Below, one piece after another: positions 11,564-24,707 of a DNA stretch of 64,000 bases. The stretch is from positions 116,374,001 through 116,438,000 of the forward strand of contig OX597822.1 of assembly GCA_951406725.2 (NCBI GenBank), given 5' to 3'. The notes beneath the pieces are model-generated. The model saw nothing but the letters and a program-made list of their open reading frames with translations. It did no database searches and had not been told where the DNA came from. This DNA comes from Octopus vulgaris (Eukaryota). Each line of letters opens with the position of its first letter. The stretch's first letter is position 1. Made by a program: the position numbers and the translations under genes.

Positions 11564-13213
11564 TTGCTGCTGCTGCTGAAGGTGGTAGTGATTGTGGTGA
11601 TGGTGATGATGCTGCTGCTGATGTTGATGGTAATGCTGATGACTGTGGTGGTAGTGGTGGTGGTGGAGACAATGATGGAAATGGCAATAGTGGCAGTGAG
11701 ATGGTGATAGCAGTGATGATGATGATGATGATGAAGATGGTAGTGGTGGTGGTGGTGGTGGTGGTGGTGGTGGTGGTGGTATTAATAATGATCTCGAGGT
11801 TAACAATTACAAGGAATACACTCCTCACATTTCTCCAATCACCAAAATGTGGAACCAGGAATCTTCTTTTTTTTTTATCTTATTTTTATCTAATATTCTA
11901 CACACTTCTTTTTTTTTATTGCAACTTTACTCTCTGAGGAATATACAATATATTCTTCCTTTTTTTTTGCATTTTACTTTTGTTTTTTTTTAATTTTCTG
12001 GTTTTTGTCTATTCCTTCATTGTGATGAGAATTGACAGTTGTTGATAATGTTGTTGTTGTTGTTATGTTGCAGTTTGTTGAAGAATAATGTTGTGGCTGA
12101 TGATGATGATGGTGTTGTAGTTCTGTTATTGACGATGTAGATGTCATAGTATTGCTATTGATGATGTTGATGATGATGATGATGATGATGATGTGGTGTT
12201 GTGGTATTGTTATTGATGATGATGCTGCTGTGATGCTGTTTTGATGTTGTTGTGATATTGCTATGATGTTGTTCTTCTGATGATTTTGTAGTACCACTGA
12301 GGCTGACTTCGCTTTTCAATCTTTTAGGGTTGATGGTATAAAGTACCAGTTATGCACTGGGGTCGATATAATTGACTTAATCCGTTCATTATATTTCCCA
12401 CTCTGAACTCTGGACGTCACCCGCATAACATACCCTACTGAAAATAAAACTAAGACAAAAATAAAACAAAATTTGTGTAACAAAAAATCTGAAATTTTCA
12501 TTGGAGAACTACATCTATTTAGCATCTAAATTTGTGGATAAATTTGTTAATGGTAAAAGCATTCTGCCAGAGTCTTTGAGAGATGTGGGTTTATTTCCCA
12601 TGGCTGTTTGTTGACAAATTTTTCTGCTTTGTAAGAGTAATTTACCCAGAATCTCTGCTGTTCTAACGGTAATTCTGTGTTTGAAAAAATCCTCTTATTT
12701 CATTAGAGAAAAAACAGAAAAGAAGCCAAGGAGTGTGAAAGATGTGTTTATTAATAAAAAAAGGGAGGTGGGAGTGATGATTTACAATGTATGGAAGAGC
12801 ATATTCAGATTTTAAAAGTATGTACACACACACCGAGATACAACGCACACACACACATACATATCCTCTCCCTCCTCCTCCTCATCATTTAACATCCATT
12901 TTCCCATGCTGACATGGGCTGGGCAGTTTGACAAGAACTGGTGAGCCAGAGGACTGCACTAAACTCTAGCGCCTGCTTTGGCCTGGTTTCTATAATTAGA
13001 TGTCCTACCTAATACCAACCACTTTATGGAGTGTACTAGATACTTTAGTGTGACACCAGTAACTGTGAGGTTACCTGGGAATTCACAAGACAAGAACTCT
13101 CAGCTGAGCTGGGGAGCAGTGTTGAAGGAAGTAGCTTTGTACCTGGTGATGAGAATTTAAAGTATGACAGATGGACCGAAACAGGTGTCCTGCAGTAAAG
13201 AAGATACATGATG

Positions 13214-13254
<41 letters not shown>

Positions 13255-13257
<3 letters not shown>

Positions 13258-13407
13258 GGAAGAATTCACGAAAAAAACAAAAGACAAAGACAGGTGGTGT
13301 AGACAACAAACAGATGTATTAGTATAATGCTTGGGAAGTGAAAAAGTCTTTTACGTTTTGAGCCTATGCTCTTCCACAGAAAGGAACACAAAAAGAAACA
13401 AGGAGAG

Positions 13408-13410
<3 letters not shown>
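13255..13410 (-). mobile_element. Penelope-like short repeat with CUGUGGA hammerhead-like motif
   Basis: Other copies at 17955-18090 (-), 45165-45300 (+) and 60810-60965 (+); motif CTGTGGA-A-GAGC...GCTC-GAAA-CGT. Confidence 0.55.
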
Positions 13411-13459
<49 letters not shown>

Positions 13460-13466
13460 ATTAACG

Positions 13467-13502
<36 letters not shown>

Positions 13503-13506
<4 letters not shown>

Positions 13507-13770
13507 TCATCATCATCATCATCATCGTTTAACGTCCGTTCTCCATGCTAGCATGGGTTGGACGGTTCGACCGGGGATCTGGGAAGCCAGAAAGCTGCAC
13601 CAGCCTCCGGTCTTATCTGGCAATGTTTCTACAGCTGGATGCCCTTCCTAACGCCAACCACTCCGTGAGTGTAGTGGGTGCTTTTTACATAGTTCAACCC
13701 GTGCTAGCGCGGAAAACGGACGTTAAACGATGATGATGATGATGAAGATGATGATGATGATGATGATGAT
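13503..13770. mobile_element. Two family A 3' ends joined in inverted orientation
   Basis: Minus copy 13503-13690, then plus-strand tail GTTCAACCCGTGCTAGCGCGGAAAACGGACGTTAAACG(ATG)n. Confidence 0.7.
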
Positions 13771-13827
13771 ATATACAGGTTTGGTGATGGAAACAGGAAA
13801 AATAGAAGTCAAAACATGAGTATATAT

Positions 13828-13995
13828 AGGTGCAGGTCTGACTGTGTGTTAAGAAACTTGCTTACCAACCACATGGTTCTGGGTTCAGTCCCACTATGTG
13901 TCACCTTGGGCAAATGTCTTCTACTATAACCTCGGGCTGACCGAATCCTTGTGAGTGGATTTGGTAGACAGAAACTGAAATATATATTTGTATGT

Positions 13996-14031
<36 letters not shown>

Positions 14032-14290
14032 GTTTAACATCCGCTTTCCATGTTAGCATGGGTTGAACGGTTCGACTGGGGTCTAGGAGTGTCTGTGTTT
14101 GTCTCCTCCCCATCACTGCTTGACAACTGGTGTTGGTGTGTTTATGGCCCCTGTCACTCAGCAGTTGGCAAAAAAGGCCAATAGAACAATTACTAGGCTT
14201 AAAAAATAAGTCCTGGGGTCGATTTGTTCAGCTAAAATCTCTCTAGGCATTACTCCAGCATGGGCGCAGCCAAATGACTGAAACAAAGCA
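13828..14290 (+). mobile_element. Family B SINE with a family A tail inserted centrally
   Basis: Head 13828-13980, (CAT)n/A fragment 14000-14085, tail 14090-14290. Confidence 0.7.
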
Positions 14291-14299
14291 ACAGATGGC

Positions 14300-14495
14300 A
14301 GTGAACTGGTGGAACCATTTGCATGCTTGACAAAACTTCCTGTCTTCATGTTCTGGATTCAAATTCCACAGAAGTTGACTTTGCCCTTCATCCTTTCAGG
14401 GTTGATGAAATAAATACCAGTTGAGCACTGGGATGAATGTAATCAACCTACCCCACCACCCATCGAACTTGCTGGCCTTGTGCCAAAATTTGGAA
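14300..14495 (+). mobile_element. Family C SINE (degenerate)
   Basis: GACTTTGCCCTTCATCCTTTCAGGGTTGATGAAATAAATACCAGT central motif shared with 48771-49006. Confidence 0.6.
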
Positions 14496-14530
14496 TCATC
14501 ATCATCATCATCATCATCGTCATTGTTAGC

Positions 14531-14569
<39 letters not shown>

Positions 14570-15337
14570 GGGTGAGAGAGCATACCATCAAAGTGACACT
14601 GGGGTAAAATATACAAAGCCCAGTATACCCATCATGACTACCCGTCTGATAAGGGTACACCAGGCACTTGCATCATAACTATATGTGTGCAACATGGTGA
14701 TCTCATATCAAGATAAACAGCACATGACCTTGCAGGTGGGGCCCAGTTAGAATTTTCTTCTGGTCGAGTAACCCATCCCGCTCAAAAGGTCCCTGAATAA
14801 GGGTTGTTTAAGGATGTTGAATGAAACATCCATGTTTCCGGAGGTGAATTATTCAAACCTCCAAGAATCCCTCTCAACACATGGCTATGATGCTCCCCTA
14901 CTACTTCTGCTCATGATCAGAGATGCACATATCGTCAGCCACTAAGGGACATGCTCAACTGTTTAAGGTCAAACAACTGACAAGCAAATCTGTGGTATTG
15001 AGCAGAATATTTGCTGTAGCCCATCTTTTATACCAAGACAAAACAATGTACATGATAACACTTCCAATCAGTTAAGATCAGAAGCCATGAGAGCCACTGC
15101 TTGGTACTGCATCAGGGCATCCTCTTTCTTCAAATTTTCTTCCGTTTCTCGCCGAGGGTTTTCCATACACCTAGGGCAGAGAAGGGCATTGTATGCATTT
15201 CCAGATTACACGTGCAAATTCAAAGATAAAATATGTATTTAAAAATTAATAACTAAATAAATTCATGGATGTTATTTTCACAGCGATAATGCTCTTCTCA
15301 GTACATGAGCCGTTCCAGTTAATACGATTTTTTGCAC

Positions 15338-15381
<44 letters not shown>

Positions 15382-15786
15382 ATTATTATTATCATCATTA
15401 TCATTATCCTTATTATTATTACTTCAGTTTGTTGTTATGTGTATGATCGAGTAACAGGAGTGGAGTGGGAGTATAAAGTAGAGTTAATTGCACGAAATAC
15501 AATTACTGAGCAATGAGTGGAGGTACATCTTTATTTGTCGAAATACTTGTCCATAGGACTGAAGGGAATTGGTAAATGTGATGCTACGTATTGAGAGATC
15601 ACCATTCTCACTCCATCTATTCTGCATCACTCTATGGAACACTGCTAAGCCTCATCTTTACTTATTTACCAAATCATTCATTCATTTATTTATTTGTGGA
15701 GTTGATTTCTTTTTATGTGTGTATGCAGTTATTGTGGAATTCAGTGTGCGTGCTTATATGTATACACATGTACATATATATATATG

Positions 15787-15822
<36 letters not shown>

Positions 15823-16015
15823 CAAGCATACAAACATATATTTGCACATGCACTCACACACACATATATGTATACATACATATGCATATATATATGGATA
15901 TAAATATATGGACATAAAAATAAATAAATAACTAATACATAAATATATATACACATAGAGCGTGCCATTGCCATATTCCCTTCTTTATCAGCTAACTCTG
16001 ATGAGCGTAAAGTTG

Positions 16016-16053
<38 letters not shown>

Positions 16054-16376
16054 ACATATATATAAAACACATATAATGTATGACAAATGTATGTGTATAT
16101 GGTGAGACATGTAGCACACAAATTTGCTATCACAAATTTCCATACATTTTGTATTGTGTGCGTGTGTATACACACACACACACGTATAATATATATATAT
16201 GTTATACTATATTAGACATGCATACATACATACATAGACACATATACCCATACATACACACACACACACACACACATATATACATGTATATAAATCTCTA
16301 TATGTGCATTCTCGTATGTATTTTTTCTTCATCCTTCTACTGTTTGTGTATATTACTGCTCCATTGCCCTGCTGTA

Positions 16377-16468
<92 letters not shown>

Positions 16469-16999
16469 TCCACTACTCCACTCACAATGATCCAGGCAGA
16501 CATCTAGCGACCATGGCAGCAAACATTTATGGTTGATTCGGTACTATTTACAACCCAACGAATATTAATAGTATGTAAACACTAATGTACGGTGTAGCAT
16601 AAGAAGTGTGTGTGTGTGTGTGTGTGTGTGTAAAGTATTGAAACAGGGAAATGTCCGTCTTTGCTTGTGCGTGCATACGTATGTCTGTGTATGTGTGAGC
16701 GTGTATATGTGTGTGAATTCTTATATGTATTTATACGTCTTTTAATAGATGGATGGATGGAGTGGTGGGGGGTTGGGGGGTTGTTGTTAGAGGTTTTTAT
16801 TTCCGCTGTTTTACACTTGGAGTGGATGTGGAAAGAGGAAGACGTCGGTGAAGAAGTGGAATTAAATGAAGGATAGATGTAAATGTCATTGGTCACACGG
16901 TACACATGTACACATACACATACTTGTGGTCGAGGGTAAAGATGTATACACACACATGTGCATACATAAAGAAAGACATACACATACTATATATGTATT

Positions 17000-17088
<89 letters not shown>

Positions 17089-17286
17089 GTGTATATATAT
17101 ATATATATGTAAATATATATTATACACATATATCACCATCATCATAAATGTGTATTATATATATGTTATTTACATGTATATATCTTATAAGTATATTATA
17201 TTTATTATCTGTATACCCCATATATGTTATTTATATGTTATAAGTATACTCTCTATATATTATATATATGTATATATATATATGTG

Positions 17287-17328
<42 letters not shown>

Positions 17329-17415
17329 ATGTACATACATACATACATATATGTTTGTGTGTATATATATTATATATGTGAGAGTGTGTGAATATATGCA
17401 TATATGTATATGTGG

Positions 17416-17457
<42 letters not shown>

Positions 17458-17540
17458 TATGTATGTATGTATATAAAGAATAAGGAGAAAATTGAGAGGT
17501 AATTAATAAAATTATTTATTAATTATAAAAAATGACATTT

Positions 17541-17621
17541 TTGACAGGTGTTTCGATTTAGGATTCCTTAGATAATCAATTTATAAAATTAAAATCATTA
17601 TAAGTTGAATCTCTTCAGAGG
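17541..17621 (-). ncRNA. Hammerhead-like motif, intact core but weak stem I
   Basis: CTGAAGA-GATT...(long insert)...AATC-GAAAC-ACCT-GTC. Confidence 0.45.
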
Positions 17622-17736
17622 TAGTAAGGATATACTGATTAAAAATGCATGTTGAGATAATGGCTGTAAAGCCGTTAACTAACCAGTATTTTCATTGGAT
17701 CTATGATCCCTTAATGAGGTTTATTACTTTTACTTG

Positions 17737-17772
<36 letters not shown>

Positions 17773-17860
17773 GGAGTAAACACATAAATGTGAAACAAGG
17801 TGGTAAAAAGAGTACTCAAATACCAGTGGTAGAGTAATATACTTTATTTGCTAGCAAAAA

Positions 17861-17898
17861 CTGTCCGATGAACGGCAACGGGAAACTCAGAGTAACGG
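17861..17898 (+). ncRNA. Hammerhead-like motif, U4C core
   Basis: CTGT-CCGATGA-A-CG(GCAA)CG-G-GAAA-CTCAGAG-TA-ACGG; stem I CTGT/ACGG. Confidence 0.5.
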
Positions 17899-18136
17899 GT
17901 TTTGTTGAATTTTCTGCTGCTTTAAATAAAGTATATATATATATATATATATATTGGGAGAATTCACAAAAAAAAAAATAGACGAAGGCAAGAAGTGTAG
18001 ACAACAAACAGATGTATTAGTTCAATGTTCTGGAAGTGAAAAAGTTTTTAACATTTCGAGCCTACGCTCTTCCACAGAAAGAAATAAGAAGAGAAAATCG
18101 AATGTCATGGTGTATTGGAGCGATTTACATACATAT

Positions 18137-18197
<61 letters not shown>

Positions 18198-18265
18198 ACC
18201 ATTGTTTCCTCTACCAGATTGCTGTTATTTTGGAAAGTAGTAATGCCCTGTCCAAACAGCTTTAA

Positions 18266-18485
18266 CCCTTTAGTGTTCAGATTATTCTGTCGAATGTGAT
18301 GTTTGTTTATTTAAAATGGTTTGAATTAATTCTGCATTATCTTGTAGTTTAGAGATTTCAGTGATGTGATTTTTTCGTTTTAGAATGACATGGTAGGGAT
18401 GAGGTGAGAGGCAAGATCTGGTCAGTTTCAATATAAAACAGGTTAAATATTTTGGCCAGATATGGCCGGTTTGAATGCGAAAGGG
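18266..18485. mobile_element. piggyBac-type MITE
   Basis: TTAA TSD on both sides; TIR CCCTTTAGTGTTCA / TGAATGCGAAAGGG. Confidence 0.8.
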
Positions 18486-18748
18486 TTAAATATTTATTCG
18501 ATGAGTTGCTAAAGAATTTTCATTGCACCCTTCATAAACATTTACAAACCATTCTTTGTTTCCAAACAATCCTCATTTGGCTGATACTCAGTCGCGTGTA
18601 TGTGAAACTCTGACCAACAGTTTTTCAAGAATATCCAGGTTCAGCAAAATGGTGTGTGTGTGTGTGTAATGTAAAAACTACAGTGAAGCTACAACATGCA
18701 CACATCAAAGTAGACATGTAAACATGTGTTTATATATATGTATGTATA

Positions 18749-18802
<54 letters not shown>

Positions 18803-18815
18803 CATATACATACAT

Positions 18816-18881
<66 letters not shown>

Positions 18882-18894
18882 ATATTTATGTATG

Positions 18895-18925
<31 letters not shown>

Positions 18926-19054
18926 ATATGTGTGTATGTATATATGTATGTGTATATGTGTATGTATGTATATATATATATATACGTATATGTATGTATA
19001 TATATGTATGAATATATGTATATATATGTATGTATATATATATATGTATATGTG

Positions 19055-19094
<40 letters not shown>

Positions 19095-19491
19095 TAAATA
19101 AAACATATGCATATATATATATACATATATGTACGTACCAACCTCTACATATATATATACACGCATATATGAGTACAGGACACCAAAAAAACGTCGAACA
19201 CAATGAGAAACGAAAACATAGACACAAACCCAAGGAAATGGACATTTTTTTAAACAACAAAAAAATAGAGTACAGGACAAATAACACAAAGAAAAAAACC
19301 CTTTTTCAGTCGCCATGGTTTCATCTACTCTACGTTTGTATTATATAAATGTATGTATTATAATTAAAGGTATCTAAAAGATACCACCATGCTAGATATA
19401 GCAGCCAAAATTTGACTCTAAAACCACATCAAATATTCATACAGCACCAGGAGAGAAGGCAAAGAGACAAAATAAACTAGCAAAGAATTAT

Positions 19492-19560
19492 TGGATAATT
19501 CCAGATCCTGTATTTCTAGCTTTGCATAAGAAATGCTTTGCTTCATCAGTGGAATATCCA
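19492..19560 (-). ncRNA. Type-I hammerhead ribozyme candidate
   Basis: TGGATATTCCA-CTGATGA-AGC..GCAT(TTCTT)ATGC..GCT-A-GAAA-T(ACAGG)A-TC-TGGAATTATCCA; ~11-bp stem I with one bulge, AUC cleavage triplet. Confidence 0.65.
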
Positions 19561-19587
19561 CAAGATAGTACATAAATACAAATATAT

Positions 19588-19800
19588 ATGGTGCCAAACG
19601 TAATGCTCTGCACTCCTTTAGACTACATCAGCAAGGTCGAGAGAGGAATCCTGACGATTGGGCTACCCAGGATTTTCTTACATCTAGCCCAGGCCTGCGC
19701 AAAACTGGAGAAGGAAACTGGAGAGGACATGAAATGTAAAAACCAGACTGGATTAGTTTATGCGCAACTCCATTGTCTCCCGAGACAAAAGGATGCCACC
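19588..19800 (+). mobile_element. Retroposon ending in an RTE/BovB-type 3' terminus
   Basis: Ends CCATTGTCTCCCGAGACAAAAGGATGCCA followed by microsatellite. Confidence 0.4.
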
Positions 19801-19802
19801 AA

Positions 19803-19838
<36 letters not shown>

Positions 19839-20691
19839 TGTATGTATGTATCTATGTATGTATGTATGTATGTATGTGTGTATGTATGTATGTATGTATG
19901 CATGTATATGTATGTATGTATTTATATATATGTATGTATTCATGTGTGCATGTATGTGTGTGTGTGTGTGTGGTCATTAAGGTCATCTAGGTCATTAAGT
20001 GGATGTTCCCATGAGTTAAGAGGAAGTACAAAGAGAGAGAGAGAGAGAGAGAGTATAAGAACAGCCATTTCCTAACAAATATTTCCCTTCTTCATCACAA
20101 GTGTTATTATGTAAAGCATATTTCTCAGTCCTGTGGATGTGCAATACAACCTGAGGCATGTTATTTCAGTCTAGGTCAATGCTTCTGAAACAAACTTCTG
20201 ATCAAAGACGTTGAAGCCAGTCTTTTACTCACTTATATCAGACACACATTGTCCATTGTGTCCATCCTTTCTTCTAGACAGTAGAGATGCTATATGAGGG
20301 GGGTTTTAGGTGCTCATTGTGGATGGTCATGAGACAACAACGAGGCTCTTGTTTTGGTGTGGTGTCAAAAACTAAGCACTGAATATTAGTCGAAATGTTG
20401 TTTTAACTTTTTAGTATTTAAACTGACCAGATCTGGTCAAAATATTCTACCTGTTTTATGGTCAAACTGGCTAGCTCTGGCCCCTCACACCAACTAAAAA
20501 TTAGCAGTTACCTCATAAAGACCTCAAATCTGTAAGATAGTGCATGATTGACTCAAAACAATGCTCATCATTGACATCCTCCTCATCATCCACATCATCA
20601 TCATCATCATCGTCACCATCATCTTTATCATCATTTCAACGTATGCTTTCCATACTGGCAGGAAGCAAATTGTCAAGATAACAGTCATCAT

Positions 20692-20732
<41 letters not shown>

Positions 20733-20964
20733 GCAGTAGCAGCAGCAGAAGCTGTTCAAGAATTTAAACCTGGAGATCTCCATTTCCAGCGACGTCGAGG
20801 GCCACCTCCCAGTGGGGTCGGGTGTTAACGAAGAGCCCTCGACTACAAGACGACCAAAGTTTTTTTTTCCCAAGGTCTGGGGTCTCCCACCCCTAAGCCC
20901 TAGACCATCACCTAATCACCCTTACCCGTCTTGTTGCTTAACAACAACAACAACAGCAGCAGCA

Positions 20965-21440
20965 GTAGCATTTAACGTCTGTTCTCCATGATGTCATGGG
21001 TTAGATGGTTTGACTAGAGCTGGTAAGCCAGAGAGCTACACCAGGCTCATCATCTGTTTTGGTTTTTAGTTTCCACAGATGGATGCCCTTCCAAATGCCA
21101 ACCACTTTACAAAGTGAACTGGATGTTTTTTACATGTCACTGGTACAGGTGCCTTAAATATGTCACCAGCACGGGTGCCCCACACATGTCACCAGCACAG
21201 GTGCCCCTCACATGCTACCAGCACAGGTGTCTCTTATATGTTACTAGCACTGATACCTTTTATCTATCACTGGCACAAGTGCCTTTTATGTGTCACCAGC
21301 AGGGGTGCTGGTGATATGTCACAGGCATGGGTGCCTTTCATGTGTCACTGGCATGGATGACTTTTACAGGTCACTGGCACAGGTACCTTTAGTATGTCAC
21401 TGACACTACCAATGACTAGGATTCACTTAGCTTGACAATG
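20965..21440 (-). mobile_element. Family A copy with expanded ~24-bp internal repeats
   Basis: GGATGCCCTTCCAAATGCCAACCAC followed by repeated ATGTCACCAGCACAGGTG units. Confidence 0.7.
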
Positions 21441-21930
21441 TACATGTATTTCTAACAAGCTCCTCTATATTACAATGCAGAAGACATTCACTGCAGGACA
21501 CGTGTCACGAAGAAAGATTTCTCTCACAGCGAATGTACATCAGTTTACAAGAGAATTGTTATTTTGACCATCGACAGCTTCGTGTGTTTGTAAGAGATTT
21601 CATTTCCCTTGTTGAGGAAGAAGCAACGTTTACAAAACCTTTTTGGGTTCTTCTAATCTTGAGAGATGGCACAGATAATTGAATGAGGTTACCTTCGTCC
21701 AGCTGGTGATAGACAAAACAGTTTCTAGGGATGAAGAACCAGAAGATAGAATCCTGAGAAAGACAAGAATTTTGTTTCATTCTTTTATTCCTATCTTCTT
21801 TTATTCGATTCAGTCCTTGGAATATAGCTGTGCTGGGGCCCAACTCTAAAGGGTTTGGTCAATAAAATTGTCAATAGTGCTTATTTTAAGACTGGTATAC
21901 CTATTTTATTGTTGTTTTTTTTTTCAGTGA

Positions 21931-22125
21931 TGTTAGTTAGTTAGTTAGTTAGTTAATTTGGCTCAAAAGCAAATAGCAAGGCCATGTAGGGGGACATGGA
22001 GTTAAGTACAGGGTGGTGTTCATGTAAAGAGTTCAGGCCACTTGAGGTCCAGGGAGGCTTTGAACAAAGCGGTCGTCGGCATCTTCACCATCTCATCTGG
22101 CAGCTTGTTCCACGGATCCGCGGGG
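21931..22125 (-). mobile_element. CR1-type LINE 3' end with (TAAC)n tail
   Basis: ADPWNKLPDEMVKMPTTALFKASLDLKWPELFT* (WNxLP...FK..LD motif). Confidence 0.75.
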
Positions 22126-23154
22126 GTGGCTGAAACTGGTAAGTTAAGAAGACGTAAAGCAAAGTTACATGTTTTTCAGATGGAGACGAACGCAAATGAA
22201 GAAGAATGATAACAACAATGATGAGAAGAAGAGGAGGGAGAAGAAAGAGAGGAAGAGGAAGTATTCTCTCCAAAACTGAAAGTAGACCCATTAAGATACT
22301 GGAATCCAGAAATTACCAAAATAAATGAATAAATAAATACATAAATAAAAATTTAAAAAAACAGCAGCTAAAAACAATGCTTTTCACACAGATACATATG
22401 CAGATTCCCCTAAACTCACACAGATACATGCACACACTTTCTCTCACACACAGAAACACATGAACACACACACATGCATGCACACACACACACACACACA
22501 CACACATAAAGAGAGAGTGACAGATATATTTCTGTTTAACTGTGGGAGGGGGGTTACTGTTTTGTATTTTGTGTTTGTGTGTGCATGCATGTTACTCTGT
22601 GTGTGTGTGTGTGTGTGCGCGTGTGTGTGTGTGCGTGCTTCTGTGTATTGAAAGCTTAGTCAAGTCCATTAAATCCTAGCTTCACTATCACCATCACTGA
22701 ATATCAATATGAGAAAGTGAGAGAAAGCAAGAGAGGGGGGAAGGAAGGGGGAAGAGAGAGAGAGAGAGTGAGAGTGAGAGAGAGAGAGTGAGAGAGAGAG
22801 AGAGAGAAGGATGTATAAGCGCAATAGTTGTATTTCCTAAAAACATCTAGAAAATGTTGTTGACCCCTTGTTTTATAGAAGGAAGAAGAATGTTCCTAAT
22901 GATACGGTTCCTTATAAATCTGTCAGATTTCTCAAGCCTCTCCTTCCCCGCCCTTCCCTTCCGCCTTCGTTCCTGGCTGCTTCCTCTCCTTATGTATACA
23001 CACAGATATGCAAACACACACACAAATACATACACTCACATACACATATGTAGGCTCATACACATATTTACATGATGTTAATATATGTGTGTATGCATGT
23101 GTCTGTGTGTGTATATATATGTGTGTGTGTGTTTACAAATATATTCATGTGTGA

Positions 23155-23185
<31 letters not shown>

Positions 23186-23543
23186 TATATATATAAATAT
23201 ATATATACATATATATATATTTATATATATATGTACATATATATATATGTGTGTGTGTCTGTGTTTGTGTGTAACTATCTATCTATCTATCTATCTCTAT
23301 CTATATATATATATATATATATATTCACACACACAGACACACACACACACACACGCACACACGCACACACGCACACACACACACACGCACACACACACAT
23401 GCAGACACACACACACACACAAACACGCACAAGATTTTGCTTAGGCACAGCAATACTTGTACTTTTAGAGTAAAGTGTTAAGTGCGCACGAAGTATGATA
23501 TTAATGAATCACAGGAGAACATGAATTACATAATCCGTTTCAT

Positions 23544-23608
23544 TAGCCTACAGTTGTTTCTGCTATAAGGAGCAATACACTCAACATCTTATAGCTTCTT
23601 CAGAACCA
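23544..23608 (-). ncRNA. Hammerhead-like motif in an inverted repeat
   Basis: CTGAAGA-A-GCTATAAG...CTTATAGC-A-GAAAC-AACT-GTA; partial inverted copy at 23650-23690. Confidence 0.5.
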
Positions 23609-24379
23609 TTCGAATCAAATTTTGCACAAACACTCAGCTTTTAGTGCAGTGCTCCTTATAGAACAGCTATAAGCTAATGAACTTGGTTATATAATGCCTT
23701 TTCTCATGTCATTAATTAATTAATATCTGTTTGGTAAGAAGTCCACTTCTCAATTACATGGCTCCAGGTTTAGTCCTGCTGCATAGCATATTGGGCAAGT
23801 GCCTCTAGCTCTGGGCCCCAGAGCATTGTGAGCAGATTTGGAAGACAAACTGAAATAAGCCTATTATCATCATCATCATCGTCATCATCATCATCATCAT
23901 CACTATCATCATCATCAGTATATCATTGTCATCATAATCCTGGTCATGATGATCATCATCATCATCATTTAACCTCTGTTTTCTGTGCTGGCATTGGTTA
24001 GATGGCTTGACAGGAACTGGCATGGCCAGGGAGCCACACAATTTTCCTTAGTCTATTTTGGTATGGCTGCTACAAATCGATGCCCTTTCTAATGTCAACC
24101 ACGTTACAGAGTGTGGTGGGTGTTTTTTTATGTGGCACCAATATATATACATACAGACACATGTATCTTTTAAATTTGTTTCCAGGAAACATTTTGAATC
24201 TGCAAATAAAGCTCCTATTCCATTATGCCAGACACAGTCTCATGATGCTGACTGGTGAACCAGCATTTTGAGGTGGCATTGAGCTTTACCAATATAATGT
24301 TGGATAAATATTGTAATAATAACAATAATCCTTGGATGGAATGTATAACTTCTATCCATGGATTATTGCTATTATTACA

Positions 24380-24707
24380 TCGAGCACTCCGTTGGTTGTG
24401 ACGACAAGGGTCCCAGCTGATATGATCAACGGAACAGCCTGCTTGTGAAATTAACAAGCCAGTGGCTGAGCACTCCACAGACATGCGTGCCCTTAACGTA
24501 GTTCTCGGGGAGATTCAGTGTGACACAGTGTGTGACAAGGCTGGTTCTTTGAAATACAGGTACTACTCATTTTTGTCAGCTGAGGTACCTGGGGCAACGT
24601 GAAATAAAGTGTCTTGCTCAAGGACACAACGCGCTGCCGGGAATTGAACTCACAACCTTACAATCATGAGCCGAATGCCCCTAACCACTAAGCCACGTGC
24701 CTTCACT
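24380..24707 (-). mobile_element. Family D tRNA-headed SINE
   Basis: Head GTGAAGGCACGTGGCTTAGTGG...GAGTTCAATTCCC; then GTGTCCTTGAGCAAGACACTTTATTTCAC; (TAA)-type tail. Confidence 0.75.

Noticed and set aside
14530-15120. Probable interspersed element beside (TTA)n
   Set aside because: Single copy in the window with no diagnostic termini or ORF, so it cannot be classified from the sequence
15995-16020. CTGATGAGCGTAAAGTTGC as a hammerhead
   Set aside because: The 3' half is absent (replaced by (CA)n)
15569-19990. Long ORFs of YI, HT, CV, MY repeats (also ER/SL at 35659-36242 and 42433-43113, poly-P/T/H at 41479-42110, poly-V/M at 50165-50620)
   Set aside because: Translations of microsatellites that are open in several frames; no coding evidence
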